63,375 bases of DNA, filler included, from Octopus bimaculoides (GCF_001194135.2; 7 parts of 6 records of this genome joined end to end with filler, not necessarily neighbours in it); one strand, 5' to 3'; counted from the first letter of the whole stretch, positions 13,255 to 25,850 are shown. Numbers and translations are program-made. The notes: a model not told the origin generated them from the sequence alone.

Positions 13255-13400
13255 TGTGTGCGTGTGTGTGTGGTTCACTTCCAACAGACTCTATCCTACC
13301 AAATTCACTCACAAGGCGTTGTTCAGTCCATGGTGCCGCGCACAATGGGACTGAACCGGAGACTCAGAGTTGGCAGGCGAGCATCTTTACCGCACAAACA
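13255..13400 (-). mobile_element. SINE family B, 5' fragment
   Basis: Head motifs only. Confidence 0.6.
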
Positions 13401-13649
13401 TAGCCTAAAAGTTCATCCATCCATTCATTCATTCATTCATTCATTCATTCATTCAACGCAAAGTTGAGTATTTAAGTTCATGAATGACAGAACATGGTAA
13501 TTATATAGGTCAGAAGGAAATTTAATCAGTCAAAGGTCGGCGAAGTTTGTGAACACAACACCTGTACCTGATCAGTGTTTCGACGTTGTTATTCTGATAT
13601 AACAGNNNNNNNNNNNNNNNNNNNNNNNNNNNNNNNNNNNNNNNNNNNN

Positions 13650-13661
13650 TTAATTAATTAA
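13650..13661. other. Artificial scaffold linker TTAATTAATTAA
   Basis: Flanked by exactly 44 N on each side; gives stop codons in all six frames. Confidence 0.95.
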
Positions 13662-13705
13662 NNNNNNNNNNNNNNNNNNNNNNNNNNNNNNNNNNNNNNN
13701 NNNNN

Positions 13706-14019
13706 TGGATTTCAACATCCAAGCGTTCCCGCTTCTATTCTGTCTCTTACCACGCCAGACAGCGAACAAGCAAGACGGTCTAAAACAAGCTCTCATTGAG
13801 TGTGGAAGAAGCAAGTTGTCTCTCCAACGATTCATCTCTAGAGACAGTACATCTACATTCAGGCTACTCAGAAACCGGACAATTGGAAGCTGTATATTTT
13901 CCACCATAAATAAATATTGTTGTTGTTGATCAGTTTGGAGTTCTGCGTTCCGTTCACTTCTAATTTAATATAGGAAAGTCAGGTGTACATCTAATGATGT
14001 ATAACCCACTTTCCTAAAG
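13706..14019 (+). mobile_element. LTR-like repeat, second copy of the family at 24682-25069
   Basis: Colinear similarity to 24746-25069, including AATAAATATT-GTTGTTGTTGATCAG. Confidence 0.65.
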
Positions 14020-14832
14020 GCTAGATCCAGATGATACATGTTGGTATTTCTGTTTATTTACAAACCTACATTGAATAGGTCAGACGCTACATTTCATAGG
14101 ATACAACCTTAAAGTTGACACTGCTTCGCTAAACGCAGAAAATTTCTGTCTCGCTATTGGCTAAAAACAGTTTTTTTTTTGTTTTTTTTTTATTTTTAAA
14201 CATCTGTAACTTTTTCTCTCCACAACATCATACCTTCAAAGCAATGAGACTGGAATGCTACATTATTATAGCCGATTTTCAGATTTTTAATGTCTTCTAT
14301 AAAAAGCATATTTTGCGAATGGATAAAACTAGATCCATCCCAGCAATGGACCACCCATGTGTTACTTCCGGATCATTATGTTTATGGGGAGAAAAATATT
14401 GAAAAACATTAATACATGTCAGAATGACAAAGATTTTCACCCCCCCACTGGTTTTTAAATGCTTAGTGCAAAACAAACTGACCAAAATCAGTCCGGAGTT
14501 TTTTTAAAAATCATAAATTTTCGAAAATTTTATTTCATTAAAAGATCGTGGTGGAAAAAAGAAAGAAAAACACTGAGAAAACCCTGCCAACTTATTATGG
14601 GTGTCCTGATCTGAAACTCCGTCGAAGTTGTTGGTTGGATGATTTTACTTTCAAGGTGGTTGTGGGAGGAGGAAATCAGATTAAACTGTATAAAAATCAC
14701 GTTACCTACCCAGTTTGGCAAGTAACACAGTCATAGTACTTCATTCGGGAAGTTATTTTTATATCAGAGATAGAAAACAAACAAACAAAAAATATATTCG
14801 TTAAGTTTGTCAAACTTAGTTACATTAATAGA

Positions 14833-15732
14833 ATGTCGACACCAGTAATAACACAACCCGGAACATCAGATTTAAGTAAGGGTAGCGAGCAACCACCGCC
14901 GGCTGGATATGCACCACAACCCGGTGGTTATTCAACCCAATTCGGAGGATATGCACCACAGCCGGGAGTTCAAGGGTCTCAACAGTGGATGACCAGGCCA
15001 ACAGTTAGTAATTGTCCACCTGGTTTAGAATACTTGACAACGATTGACCAACTTTTGGTGAAACAGCAAGTTGAAATCCTAGAAGCATTAACTAGCTTCG
15101 AATGTGCTAACAAATATATTATGATCAATGCTGTCGGACAACAAGTATATTTTGCTGGCGAAGAGTCTGATATCTGCATGCGTCAATGCTGCGGCTCTGC
15201 ACGAGGTTTTGTGATACACATATCTGATAATATGGGACAAGANNNNNNNNNNNNNNNNNNNNNNNNNNNNNNNNNNNNNNNNNNNNNNGTTATGAGGATA
15301 ACTAGAGAATTCAAATGTTTTGCTGGATGCTGTTGGTGCGCCAATACCGAACATTGTGCTTTTGAAGTAACAGTTGAAGCCCCTGTGGGTTAAGTAATTG
15401 GCAAAGTAAAACAGACTTGTAGTTTCTTCCGACCCCTGTTCGACATTACCACCCCGGATGATAACGTTGTTTTCCGAATCAAAGGACCAATCTGTGTTTG
15501 TGATGGTCCTTGCTGTATGGAAGATCAAACGTTTGAAGTTTTCGATCACAGTGAAACGAACCAAATAGGAACGATCAGTAAACAATATGCTGGTTTTGTC
15601 AATGAAATGTTCACGAACGCAGACAATTTTGGAGTTACATTTCCAATGGATTTAGATGTCAAAATGAAAGCAACAATAATCGGAGCTCTCTTTCTGATAG
15701 ATTTCATGTTTTTCGAACATAGCAATAAATAA
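14833..15732 (+). CDS. PLSCR: Phospholipid scramblase (PLSCR family), no visible intron in the coding region, interrupted by one in-frame TAA at 15391-15393 (pseudogene, null allele or sequence error)
   Basis: Pro/Gly/Tyr-rich N-terminus; CPPGLEYLTTIDQLLVKQQVEILE; Cys-rich KCFAGCCWC; NADNFGVTFPMDLDVKMKATIIGALFLIDFMFFE matching the PLSCR1 Ca2+-binding motif and terminal helix. ORFs 14833-15393 and 15517-15732 are in the same frame and the intervening codons read VIGKVKQTCSFFRPLFDI...GPCC. Confidence 0.93.
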
Positions 15733-18614
15733 CTTTACAAGTACTTTTTTCAGGAAGTTGTGAGGCAGCATAACTTATTGGTGTCAATATATTTGGTTTC
15801 AGTGAAGACTTTCTCCTCAAACAACACTTGTTTCGATTTTATCGTTTTTGCCTACGCACGCTCTCACCAGCTTCCTTGGAACTGGATTTTACATTTACTT
15901 TTTGATTAGTACAGTTATTTCCTGTTCCTTTTTTTTTTATATCTACTTTACGTTCTCTTTTACAAATTTGCTTGATGACAGATATCGTTGTGCTTTTTAA
16001 TATTCAAAGCTATTTTCACATGTAAATATTTTCTTTGTACAAAAAAAAAAAAAAAGTTATCTAGCAAAATTAAGAAATAAGCTAAGCAAAAGTAGAAAAA
16101 AATTACGGAAAAGGCCGATATTTAGGACTCATACGGTAAGATCGCCTGCTAGCTTCTCTCATTAGTACATTTATTCTTCGGCAATCCATTGCTTTTGGTC
16201 TCGGAAAACTACAAGTATTTGTTTGGCAAGTTCCGTAAAACATTTTTATTTCTCCACTTTTTTTTCAGCTTACACACACAAACGCATACATAGACAAACA
16301 TACATAAACAATTAGTGAAAACAGAAAACGTGTATATTTATGTATGTGTATGAGTGAGTGTGTTAGCTTGTGTGTTTGTCTCTGTTCAAGTCGCTCGTGC
16401 AAAAGAAAGTGTTTCACTGTTCAACTGCAAAAATAAACATTGAAAAATAAAAATCTTATACGGAGCTTACCGAACAAATACATTGTCAGAGACCAAAAAC
16501 AATCGATTGCCAAAATGGATAATTTGTTTTAAATGTTCTTTACACACAAAGCACACATTTTCATTAAAAAAATTGTAATTATTACTTCTTTCATGGTTTG
16601 AATGCAGGGAAAAAAATATCAAAATGATCTTGCTTCATTTTAAGAAAATATCTTAAACTTTATATTTTGTATTTACTTGTGAAACTTTGCTTAAGCAAGC
16701 TTTATATTCAACGCCTTACTTCATAACTTTGTATTCAAGTCATATGCACCACAAACTTTTGATGGAACTTGTATGAACATGTTATTATCCGGATCAAAGT
16801 GTGTTTAGATGACTAAAATAGATTTTCTAAGTTAACATATAACATACTGCTATACAATAATTTTGGTATTCTACGACTCACGTAAAAGATATTATTTTCG
16901 AATACTTAACAACTTGTTAATTTTGCTGTACATCTCTAATCATACACTACTGCCTGCCAATTAATGATGCCTAATTTATATCAGTCGGCGTTTACACCTA
17001 ACTGAAAGAAGTAATTTCACTGCCAGTCAATGATTAATTTTGATTGGAGTTTTCACTCCATTGATGATTATGACCTATCTAAACCACGAACCTAAACTTG
17101 GTCTTCATAAGTGGAATTTGTTTTACCTGAGAAATATGTAAAAAAAATATCAAAAATCAGAAACTCCAAATCAGTTGCCTCTCCCCCCTTTTCCCTCGTT
17201 CTTCCTCATTATCTGTGGAAATGTTCACCTCCATTTCTCATTACCACTATATTATGTTCTAGTTACTAGAGCAGATACCTTGACGAAAAGAGCTGATTAA
17301 TTATTAATCTAACATAAATTTTACAAGATAAATGCAACACGCTGTTTTACGATTCTTTTTTATATAAAAACAATGCAAAATAGGTCAAGTGTTGTTTGAT
17401 AAGTTAGATGTTATTTTTGTCCGATACTTGCAGCTGTCTTTTCAGTCATTTCCTGACCATTTGCTAATCCAACATCCCTTCAATGTCAAGTTGAATCGGC
17501 CATTACATCTGTAGTGGTATTCAAAAGTATCCATTAAAAAGAATGTTAGAATCATATGGTGAGAAGTCTTGATCGGTGCGATACAACCTAAAGTCTTTCC
17601 TAATCAAACTGTATGGCGGAAGGGTAGCAGATAGTGAATATTTTGTTATTATCCCTCCCCAACATATTTTCTTTTTATTTGTCTTCTTGGTAAGGTAATC
17701 CTGGGGTTTTTTCTCAATACTTTGATCAATTATAGTTTTAATGTTTTTTCATTCTTTTCTTCTCGTAAAAATATGTTGCTAAATAGAATTTCTTATTAAA
17801 AAATAATAATAATAATAAGGCAGTAAACAAAACATTTGAATTGGTGCTGAAAATCATTTACTTTGTGTGTGTTTATCCGTTTAATCCATTTTACTTAGCA
17901 TGGTATTACGAAAAAGTTAAATCATTGAACTCGGGTATTAATCTCTATGTGTAGCTTTATCCATGACCGTCCTATCTGTATTCAGCATGCTACTATAGGG
18001 CTTCAAAACTGAGGCCCTAAAACATCAGAAAGCAGGCTGTTGTTTAAACAACATGTCACATGTAAAAATAACAAGGTTCGTTAATTTGGATAAGTTCATA
18101 TACTGTGGCAAGATAAAAATTTTAACATTTCAAATAAATTCCTTTGCCTGAGAGAGAAAATATGTTTGAATCTCCAGACAATCTGAGTAAAGCCCATTGA
18201 TGGCTGAAGGATTTTGCTTGAAATGTCCAAATTACCATCTCCACATGAAATATACGAGCTTGGATAATTTTCGCTGATGCAGACTACAATAGTTTCCCTA
18301 GACTTCTATTCTATTTTTTGACTAACAAGTTGATCACTTTACTGAGTGAATCCAACATTAACTTTAATGAACAAAAGTTTATATTTTATATTCTATTATT
18401 TTTATTGTACCTGATACTTTGCAAGCTTTTGACAATTTTATTCTTACTTTTCCTACAAAAGCCTTGTTGGCTTCATATTATTATTGTTATTATTTTTCTT
18501 CAATAGCAAATGTCTTTGTATGTTTACGCAGTTTTGTTATTGATTTTTGAAATTAAAAAAAGAACAAACTAATGTTTTTTTTTTTCTTTTTTGAATCGAA
18601 TCTGTTTAGGTTTT

Positions 18615-18930
18615 GGGATCTTGTTCAAAACGGGGGCACCAGTTTTCATTTATGTTTTATGTAGTGTTTTTGGTACCGAAAGACTTTCAAACTTCGTATA
18701 CTTATCTATTTTGTGTTGTAGAACAGAAAAAAAATTTTGTATTCGAATTTATTTCATGTAAAAAATTGTCTTATTTCGATAATTTCAACCAATCACTGAC
18801 AAGTATTCAGCTGTTTATACTTACTCCTTTGGCAATTTAAGCGGTGTAAAGCGTATTTAATCTCCATTACTTCTGACATTTTGCAGAGAGGCAACACACG
18901 TGTTCGTTTTCCATAACCCTAACCCTAATT
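18615..18930 (+). mobile_element. Partial fold-back/TIR DNA element, GGGATCTT-terminus family
   Basis: Near-duplicate of 19431-19620; CCATAACCCTAACCCTAA at 18911-18928. Confidence 0.6.
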
Positions 18931-19430
18931 GACTTGCTCCTTCCCTAAAAAACCAGGCCTTGTGCCTATAATAGAAAGGTTTATTAGCTACTGCCAATAN
19001 NNNNNNNNNNNNNNNNNNNNNNNNNNNNNNNNNNNNNNNNNNNNNNNNNNNNNNNNNNNNNNNNNNNNNNNNNNNNNNNNNNNNNNNNNNNNNNNNNNNN
19101 NNNNNNNNNNNNNNNNNNNNNNNNNNNNNNNNNNNNNNNNNNNNNNNNNNNNNNNNNNNNNNNNNNNNNNNNNNNNNNNNNNNNNNNNNNNNNNNNNNNN
19201 NNNNNNNNNNNNNNNNNNNNNNNNNNNNNNNNNNNNNNNNNNNNNNNNNNNNNNNNNNNNNNNNNNNNNNNNNNNNNNNNNNNNNNNNNNNNNNNNNNNN
19301 NNNNNNNNNNNNNNNNNNNNNNNNNNNNNNNNNNNNNNNNNNNNNNNNNNNNNNNNNNNNNNNNNNNNNNNNNNNNNNNNNNNNNNNNNNNNNNNNNNNN
19401 NNNNNNNNNNNNNNNNNNNNNNNNNGTTTT

Positions 19431-20110
19431 GGGATCTTGTTCAAAACGGGGGCACCAGTTTTCATTTATGTTTTATGTAGTGTTTTTGGTACCTAAACAC
19501 TTTCAAACTTCGTATACTTGTATATTTTGTGTTATAGAACAGATAAAAATTTTTGTATTCAAAGTTATTTCATGTAAAAAATTGTCGTATTTCGGTAATT
19601 TCAACCAATCACTGACGTTTATTGAGGTGAAAACAATTACTGCCGTGGAATTTAAACATGTTCTAACAGTGTCATGGGATCTTTTCTCTTGGATAAAATT
19701 AGTGCCGTAGTTTGTCAACAACAACTATCCGTGGTACTATTATTTATGACATCGTTCGTGCGTTTGTACTGGTTTTAGCTTAAGGGTTTTAGGGTTTGGG
19801 TTAGTTTTAGGGTTACGGTTAGGGTTATGATTATTTTTGCCATAACCTCACTCATAACCCTAACCCTAACTCTAAAACCTTAAACCCTTACTAGGGAATA
19901 ATGATTGACACCGGCAAAAATTATTGTTTACAAAAACAGTAGTAACTGTATTCAGCTGAATAGACGTCAGTGATTGGTTGAAATTACCGAAATACAACAA
20001 CTTTAACATGAAATAACTTATTAAGAAACTTTTGTTAAGAAGACTAAGAGAAAAAGATGTTTTATATGACACATTCTACCAGTATCCCAAGTTTGAAAGT
20101 GTTTCTTTAA
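19431..20110. mobile_element. Fold-back non-autonomous DNA element with central inverted (TTAGGG)/(CCCTAA)-like tracts
   Basis: TTTCGGTAATTTCAACCAATCACTGACGT inverted at about 19965-19995; TTAGGG variants at 19775-19827 and CCCTAA variants at 19842-19890. Confidence 0.7.
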
Positions 20111-20184
20111 GAAAACAAGTGGTGCCTGTCAAATCAGAAAGATCTGCAATTTTTGTAAGTTAAAGGTTATAATTGATTTCATTT

Positions 20185-21025
20185 GGGATCTTTTCCCTTT
20201 GAACGGCACATCGAGAAATTAATTTTTTGTAACTAAGCACTCTCAAACTTCGGACACTGGTAGAATGTGTCATATAAAATATCTTTTACTCTTAGTGCTG
20301 TTGAGAAAAGTTTATATTTTCAAAGTTATTTTGTGTTAAAGTTGTATTTCGGTAATTTCAACCAATCAATGAATGACGTGTAATCAACTGAATAAAATTA
20401 CTGTCGTTGTTTGTCAACAACAACTATCGGCGGTGTATATTTCGTTTGTCACTGTTATTTATGACATCGTTCGTGTGTTTGTACTGGTTTTAGTTTTAGG
20501 GTCAGGGTTAGAGATAGGGTTTTATAATTAGGGTCAGGGTTAGGGATAGGGGTTTAGGGTTAGAGTTACAGGAAAATGTGAAAAAAATGAAGAAATTGGA
20601 AGTGGGGGGGGATGTTATTCCGAAAATAGTAGCTGAAAAACAGGAAAAAAAAACCCTAAAAGCAGTAGAAATGCACGAATGATTGTGGTGGCGCCATGAA
20701 GTAAACATGCTTCAGATACACTCGTTTATTCATACAAACGTAACTGAGATGAAATATGTCATAAATAACAGTGACAAACGAAATATACACCACTGGAAGT
20801 TGTTGACAAACAACAGCAGTAATTTTATTCAGCTGAATTGATTGGTTGAAATTACCGAAATACGACCATTTTAACACAAAATAACTTTGAAAATACAAAC
20901 TTTTCTCAACAGCGCTAAGAGTAAAAGATGTTTTATATGACACATTCTACCAGTGTCTGAAGTTTGAAAGTGTTTAGTTACAAAAAATTAATTTCTTGAT
21001 GTGCCATTCAAAGGGTAAAGATCCT
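20185..21025. mobile_element. Fold-back non-autonomous DNA element with about 290-bp TIRs and internal telomere-like repeats
   Basis: GGGATCTTTTCCCTTTGAA ... TTCAAAGGGTAAAGATCCT ends; arms about 20185-20480 and 20730-21025 are reverse complements; TTAGGG variants at 20495-20565. Confidence 0.85.
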
Positions 21026-22774
21026 TAATTTGCATTGGCAAATTAATTGATATTTATTTTATTGTACTTATAATGGAGATTGCAATGAATTATTGTAAGG
21101 TGTTTAACAATGTGCGTTCATGATTTAATAATGATTTTACATCAATAAAAAAAAAAACCTACATTTTTATAGAGGAAGTGCATAAGTGATTCAGTCGACC
21201 CCACTGTTATTGAACCAATCGAGGAATACTGTTGGAACTATAAAAGAGCATGTAAAGCAGACCTAGAAATTCAATTCAATGAAGGATCACGTGAAATGTA
21301 GGATTTAGGGAGATGAATAGTTAAATGTATATAACAAATTGTAAAGTTTGGATTTCATAATTTTGAATATTGTGCACTGATTCAAAAAAATATGGCAGTG
21401 AACAGCATATCCAGTATAGAATGACTCTGGATTTTGTAAATAGAAAGATTTGCCAATTAAATTTATATCTGTGATACTTTGTGATTTTGATGGAGAAGGG
21501 CAGTGCCCATGAGAACCTCCAAGACTAGTGGGTGAAAAGATGACATGGGAGATCTGGTCATAATGCTTGTAGCTGCTTGGTCTTTGTTAAAAGCACTTGA
21601 TGTTTGGGTGTCCTGTATGATGTTAAATCCAAACAGAATAAATTTACTGCACAAATTAGTATTCCCAAAACAACAATACTCTTACCCTTAATTACCTTTT
21701 AATTACATGTTGTTTCGTCTCAGATCGCCCTTGATTTGAGCTGATTTGTAATAAAGGTATTTAGTCTGCAAGAGGAGTATATATAATTGCATTAACCTGT
21801 GTGTCATTTTCTTAAGATGATAGAATGTGATTTGAGGGAGATTTTGCTATTATTCCTGAGATGCTGAGTGACTATGTAGAGGTTCCTCTTTTGTAAATGA
21901 AGATAATCTAGTAGATTTTTGAGTTTCCATTTTTTAAAAATAAATGCTATTTTGGATGTATTTTGTAAATTATATTTTAGCTGTGGTTGATTATAAAGTC
22001 TTTTGGTCTACTACAGAATGTTGCATACTATTATATAAGATGTGTGGTGTGTTTACTCGTGGAAATAATACAAGAAACAAACTCTAAAATAACAGTGAGA
22101 CTTTATTCCTCTACTAAATTATACAGTGGACACATCATGAATTCTGTTGGTTGTATAGTTCATCCATCATTAGAATAATTCAACCCTGGGCATCGTTGGT
22201 TACAAGTGCTTTGTTATAACAACAGGAAAATATTATGACATGTGCTCCAGGAAATCTCTCACCTCACTGCCCATAAATGATTTGACAAAGTTATTTATAA
22301 GCAGTGGGTAGGCTCCAGCAATGATTCAGATTAATTGAGGATGTATTATGCACAACATGATTGCATCCAAAATCCTTATCCCGCACAATACTCACCCATT
22401 CAAATACCTAATCATTTAAAATTAACATGTGGAGCCGATTTATGGCTTGTTGAATTTAAAATGTCAGATCAGAAATGGGTCTTGCTACATCGCCCATGGA
22501 CTAGTGAGATTCTTGGCAGAGAAACACACCAAATACAAATAGTTTAGCAAAATTAACAATAGGTGTAACAACCAGAAATTGTATGGAAACAAATACAAGA
22601 GGAAAAATAAGAACATCATCAATTATTAGAGTTTGCAAAAACCAACTCATGTGAGAACAAGTACAAAGGAATGTTTGTAAAACTGCAATGAAAATTCAAT
22701 GTGAAACAGTTCAGCATGAAAGTCGTTAGAATTCACTAAGTAATCAAGAATAGTATGTATGAGCAACTTTTCTA

Positions 22775-23035
22775 CCACGTCCCTGAAAAGTGATGGAAGA
22801 AATGTCAAAAACACATTTACTTGCATTAATTATCACACCATATTGTGACAGGTAAGTAAAAAGTTGTTCTAAATGAAATACATGCTCCTCTTTTGTAGAA
22901 CTGGCTATCAATAAGTCATCAATATAAGTGAAAAAATCTAGACTATGTGTGACTTTGTTGATAAATCTCTGACAAGTATTAGCAACATTATTGTTATATC
23001 GCATGTTCGGATGGCATACCTTTGCCAATAACATA
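22775..23035 (-). mobile_element. Gypsy reverse-transcriptase fragment
   Basis: NTCQRFINKVTHSLDFFTYIDDLLIASSTKEEHVFHLEQLF...INASKCVF (YxDD motif). Confidence 0.85.
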
Positions 23036-23039
23036 CCTC

Positions 23040-23215
23040 TACTCAACTACCAAACTCTCACTTCTGACGACTCAACAGAACTCGATGTCTAGTCTATCGA
23101 CGGCTCTGGCTTGCTCTACGCAAAGCTCCCTGTCTAGTTATCACATCCACTATTTATACGTATTGGACTAGCCTACTTATCGTCTGAGGGTGTCCACACA
23201 ACACCTTCCCCTTTT
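23040..23215 (-). mobile_element. Polypurine tract and start of the Gypsy 3' LTR
   Basis: Minus strand AAAAGGGGAAGG (23204-23215) directly followed by TGTTGTG; TATAAATA about 45 nt into the LTR; LTR end not defined. Confidence 0.7.
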
Positions 23216-23370
23216 GAGAATTTTTTTTTCCCCCTAAACCTGAATTTATCAATTCTATTTCCTTGGCAAGAAACTGGCATATCTTTTTCTCTTAGCATTA
23301 ATTTCCATCATTTCTGTAGGTTTTCTCTTCTTGTTTGACCTACCTGTCAGTTCTGCTTCTGCTTGTGGTT

Positions 23371-24681
23371 CTAGGACCTCGAACAAATCATACCATATAT
23401 CCATTGGTTCTTCTCGCCTCTTTTGATTTTTGGTATATCTTTTTTTAATTGGTTTATATGTCTTCTATGTTCATATTTTGGTCCTTTTACCATGTACATC
23501 ACGTTACCCAGACGTCCAGTTATACTTCCTTGTTCCCAGTCCTGTTTTCCGTTTCTACGTTTTAAAATACTCTTCATCACCCGTGTTAAAAAATTTCATT
23601 TTTCTTCCCGAATTTTCTCTATTTTTTGTTTCCTACTCAGCAACAATTTATCAAAAATAGAACGAATTTTTCTGGAAAACATCAAATCTGCGGGTGACAT
23701 ACCTGACTCTGCATTTGAATTCAGTGTTATTCTATATACCTGCAAAAAGTTTGTCATCTTTGTACCTTCACCTAAAGCTCTCTTGAATGTGTCGATGAAT
23801 CTTTCCGCTAACCCATTTGACCTTGGATGGAATGGCGGAATTAACACACGCTTCATTTGAACCGACTTACAGAATCTTTCAAACTCTTTCGCTGTGAATT
23901 GTGTACCATTATCTGGCACCTCATAACGAGTGAATAATTCTTCCAAGAAGTCAATCGTCACACTTGTGGTTGGCCTTGAACATTTACACACTTCAGGCCA
24001 TTTGGAATAGCTATCTACCACGATGATATAATGAGAGCCATTTATTGGTCCTGTGAAATCCACATGCAGTCTAGACCATGCCGAATCCATTATTGGCCAC
24101 GGTTGAATCTGCATTGGGGGCATCTTTGCTGTCATAACGCATCCTCTACTCTGTTTTACCAGTCTTTCAATTTGCTTGTACATATTCAGCCAATAAACGT
24201 AACTCCTCATGAGGCTCTTCATCCGGATGTCCTACATGAAAGTCTTTTAATACTCTGTTTTGCAGTGCTTCAGGTATTACCACTCTTTGCGCATATAATA
24301 ATACCTCATCAGATACTGAATAATGCTTTGAACCTGCGTCCCGCTCATTTATATTTTTCGTGTTACTCAACATTTTAAAAATCTTCCTGATCCAATTTAA
24401 TTTGTTTCAGCGTTACTGACAAATCATGTACTTCATTGCACAAAATGTTCTTCAGTTCCATTTCTAGTTTTAACGATGCAATCACCATGTCTTCAAAAGG
24501 ATCCTCATATTTTGGAATTAGCCTCGACAACTTGTCTGCATGTCCCATTTTCATTGATGGCAAAAACTCCATCTGGAAATCGTAGTTCAACTGGGTAGTC
24601 CCCCAGTGCTGTAAGCGGTATACTGAGTGTGTGGGAATACCCTTTTTCGAATCGAAAATAGACAGTAATGGTCAGTGATCT
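23371..24681 (-). mobile_element. Decayed Gypsy/Ty3 pol: RNase H C-terminus and integrase (Mag/K02A2.6-like)
   Basis: DH*PLLSIFDSKKGIPTHS..RLQHW, GHADKLSRL, HVGHP zinc-finger start, RLHVDFTGP, IVVDSYSKWPEV, DNGTQFTA, HPRSNGLAERF; frameshifts and stops. Confidence 0.93.
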
Positions 24682-25069
24682 TGTAGTGACGTCATATTGG
24701 CGCCAAAAGGCCGACGCCATTGCTGCATCCTTATCCACGCATGCGTGGATTTCAACATCCAAGCGTTCCTGATTCTATTCTGTCTCTCTTACCAAGGCAG
24801 ACAGCAACCAAGCAAGATGTCTAAGCAAGCTCTCCCATTTGAGTGTGGTTGAACCAAGTTGTCTCTATAAAGACACCAGCACGAAGAACCGTACATCTAC
24901 ATTTCAGGCTACTCTAAAACCGCACAATTAGAAGCTGTTTACCTTTTCCACCGAACAATAAATATTTGTTGTTGTTGATCAGTTTGGAGTTTCTGCGTTC
25001 AGTTCTCTTCCAATTTAATGTAGGAGAGTTAGGTGTATATCTAAAGATATATAACCCACTCTCCTAAAG
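24682..25069 (+). mobile_element. LTR of a second family inserted into the Gypsy RNase H domain
   Basis: Starts TGTAG exactly where pol homology stops; internal AATAAA; followed by PBS-like TGGTGACC; second copy at 13706-14019. Confidence 0.65.
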
Positions 25070-25078
25070 TGGTGACCT

Positions 25079-25529
25079 TGTAAGGAACGACCGTGCAAAC
25101 TCAAAAAGGGAGAAATGGTGACGAATGGAAAAACAGAGGACTCCTTTTATTTAAACGTGTCACACGGTCGTACACAAAATAATATATATCAATAATGATA
25201 TACAAATAATATGTTATACGACGATAACATAGATGACCAGTAATGAAAGACCACAACCGTATTAGATGAATAACAGAGATATTTATTATGGCGTTAAAGA
25301 TGTATGTCTGTGTGAGAGTGTGAATGCGACATATAAGAACATTATCAAAGACAGGCCGTCATACAAAGAAAAGTGTGTATGTGAGTGATACATGTATGTG
25401 TATGTGAAATATTACAGCAGAGAGAAAGAGAGTCAATAACACGTGAGCAATTATACCAGTTCTTTAGTACACTATAGGAAAAGTTCTGTATGTGAAAGTG
25501 AGGAGGCTGAGTGTGGCAGAGCTGATCAC
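25079..25529 (-). mobile_element. Probable third LTR (minus strand), cut by the scaffold end
   Basis: Minus-strand end ...GGTCGTTCCTTACA with AATAAA about 70 nt upstream. Confidence 0.45.
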
Positions 25530-25573
25530 NNNNNNNNNNNNNNNNNNNNNNNNNNNNNNNNNNNNNNNNNNNN

Positions 25574-25585
25574 TTAATTAATTAA
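25574..25585. other. Artificial scaffold linker
   Basis: 44N-TTAATTAATTAA-44N. Confidence 0.95.
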
Positions 25586-25629
25586 NNNNNNNNNNNNNNN
25601 NNNNNNNNNNNNNNNNNNNNNNNNNNNNN

Positions 25630-25850
25630 ATATATGTATGTGTGTGTATATGTTTGTGCGTCTGTGTTTGTCCTCCCCAACTTCGCTTGACAACCGATGC
25701 TGGTGTGTTTATGTCCCCGTAACTTAGCGGTTCGGCAAAAAGAGACCGATAGAATAAGTCCTGGGGTCGATTTGCTCGACTAAAGGCGGTGCCCCAGCAT
25801 GACCGCAGTCAAATGACTGAAACAAGTAAAAGAGTAAAAGAGTAAAAGAG
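25630..25850 (+). mobile_element. SINE family B, 3' half
   Basis: CGCTTGACAACCGATGCTGG...CCAGCATGACCGCAGTCAAATGACTGAAACAAGTAAAA(GAGTAAAA)n. Confidence 0.8.

Noticed and set aside
19775-20565. True telomere or telomere-fusion site
   Set aside because: Repeats are short, degenerate and embedded in TIR elements
22180-22550. Integrase-like or CR1-like peptide remnants
   Set aside because: Weak resemblance on both strands; neither reading is convincing
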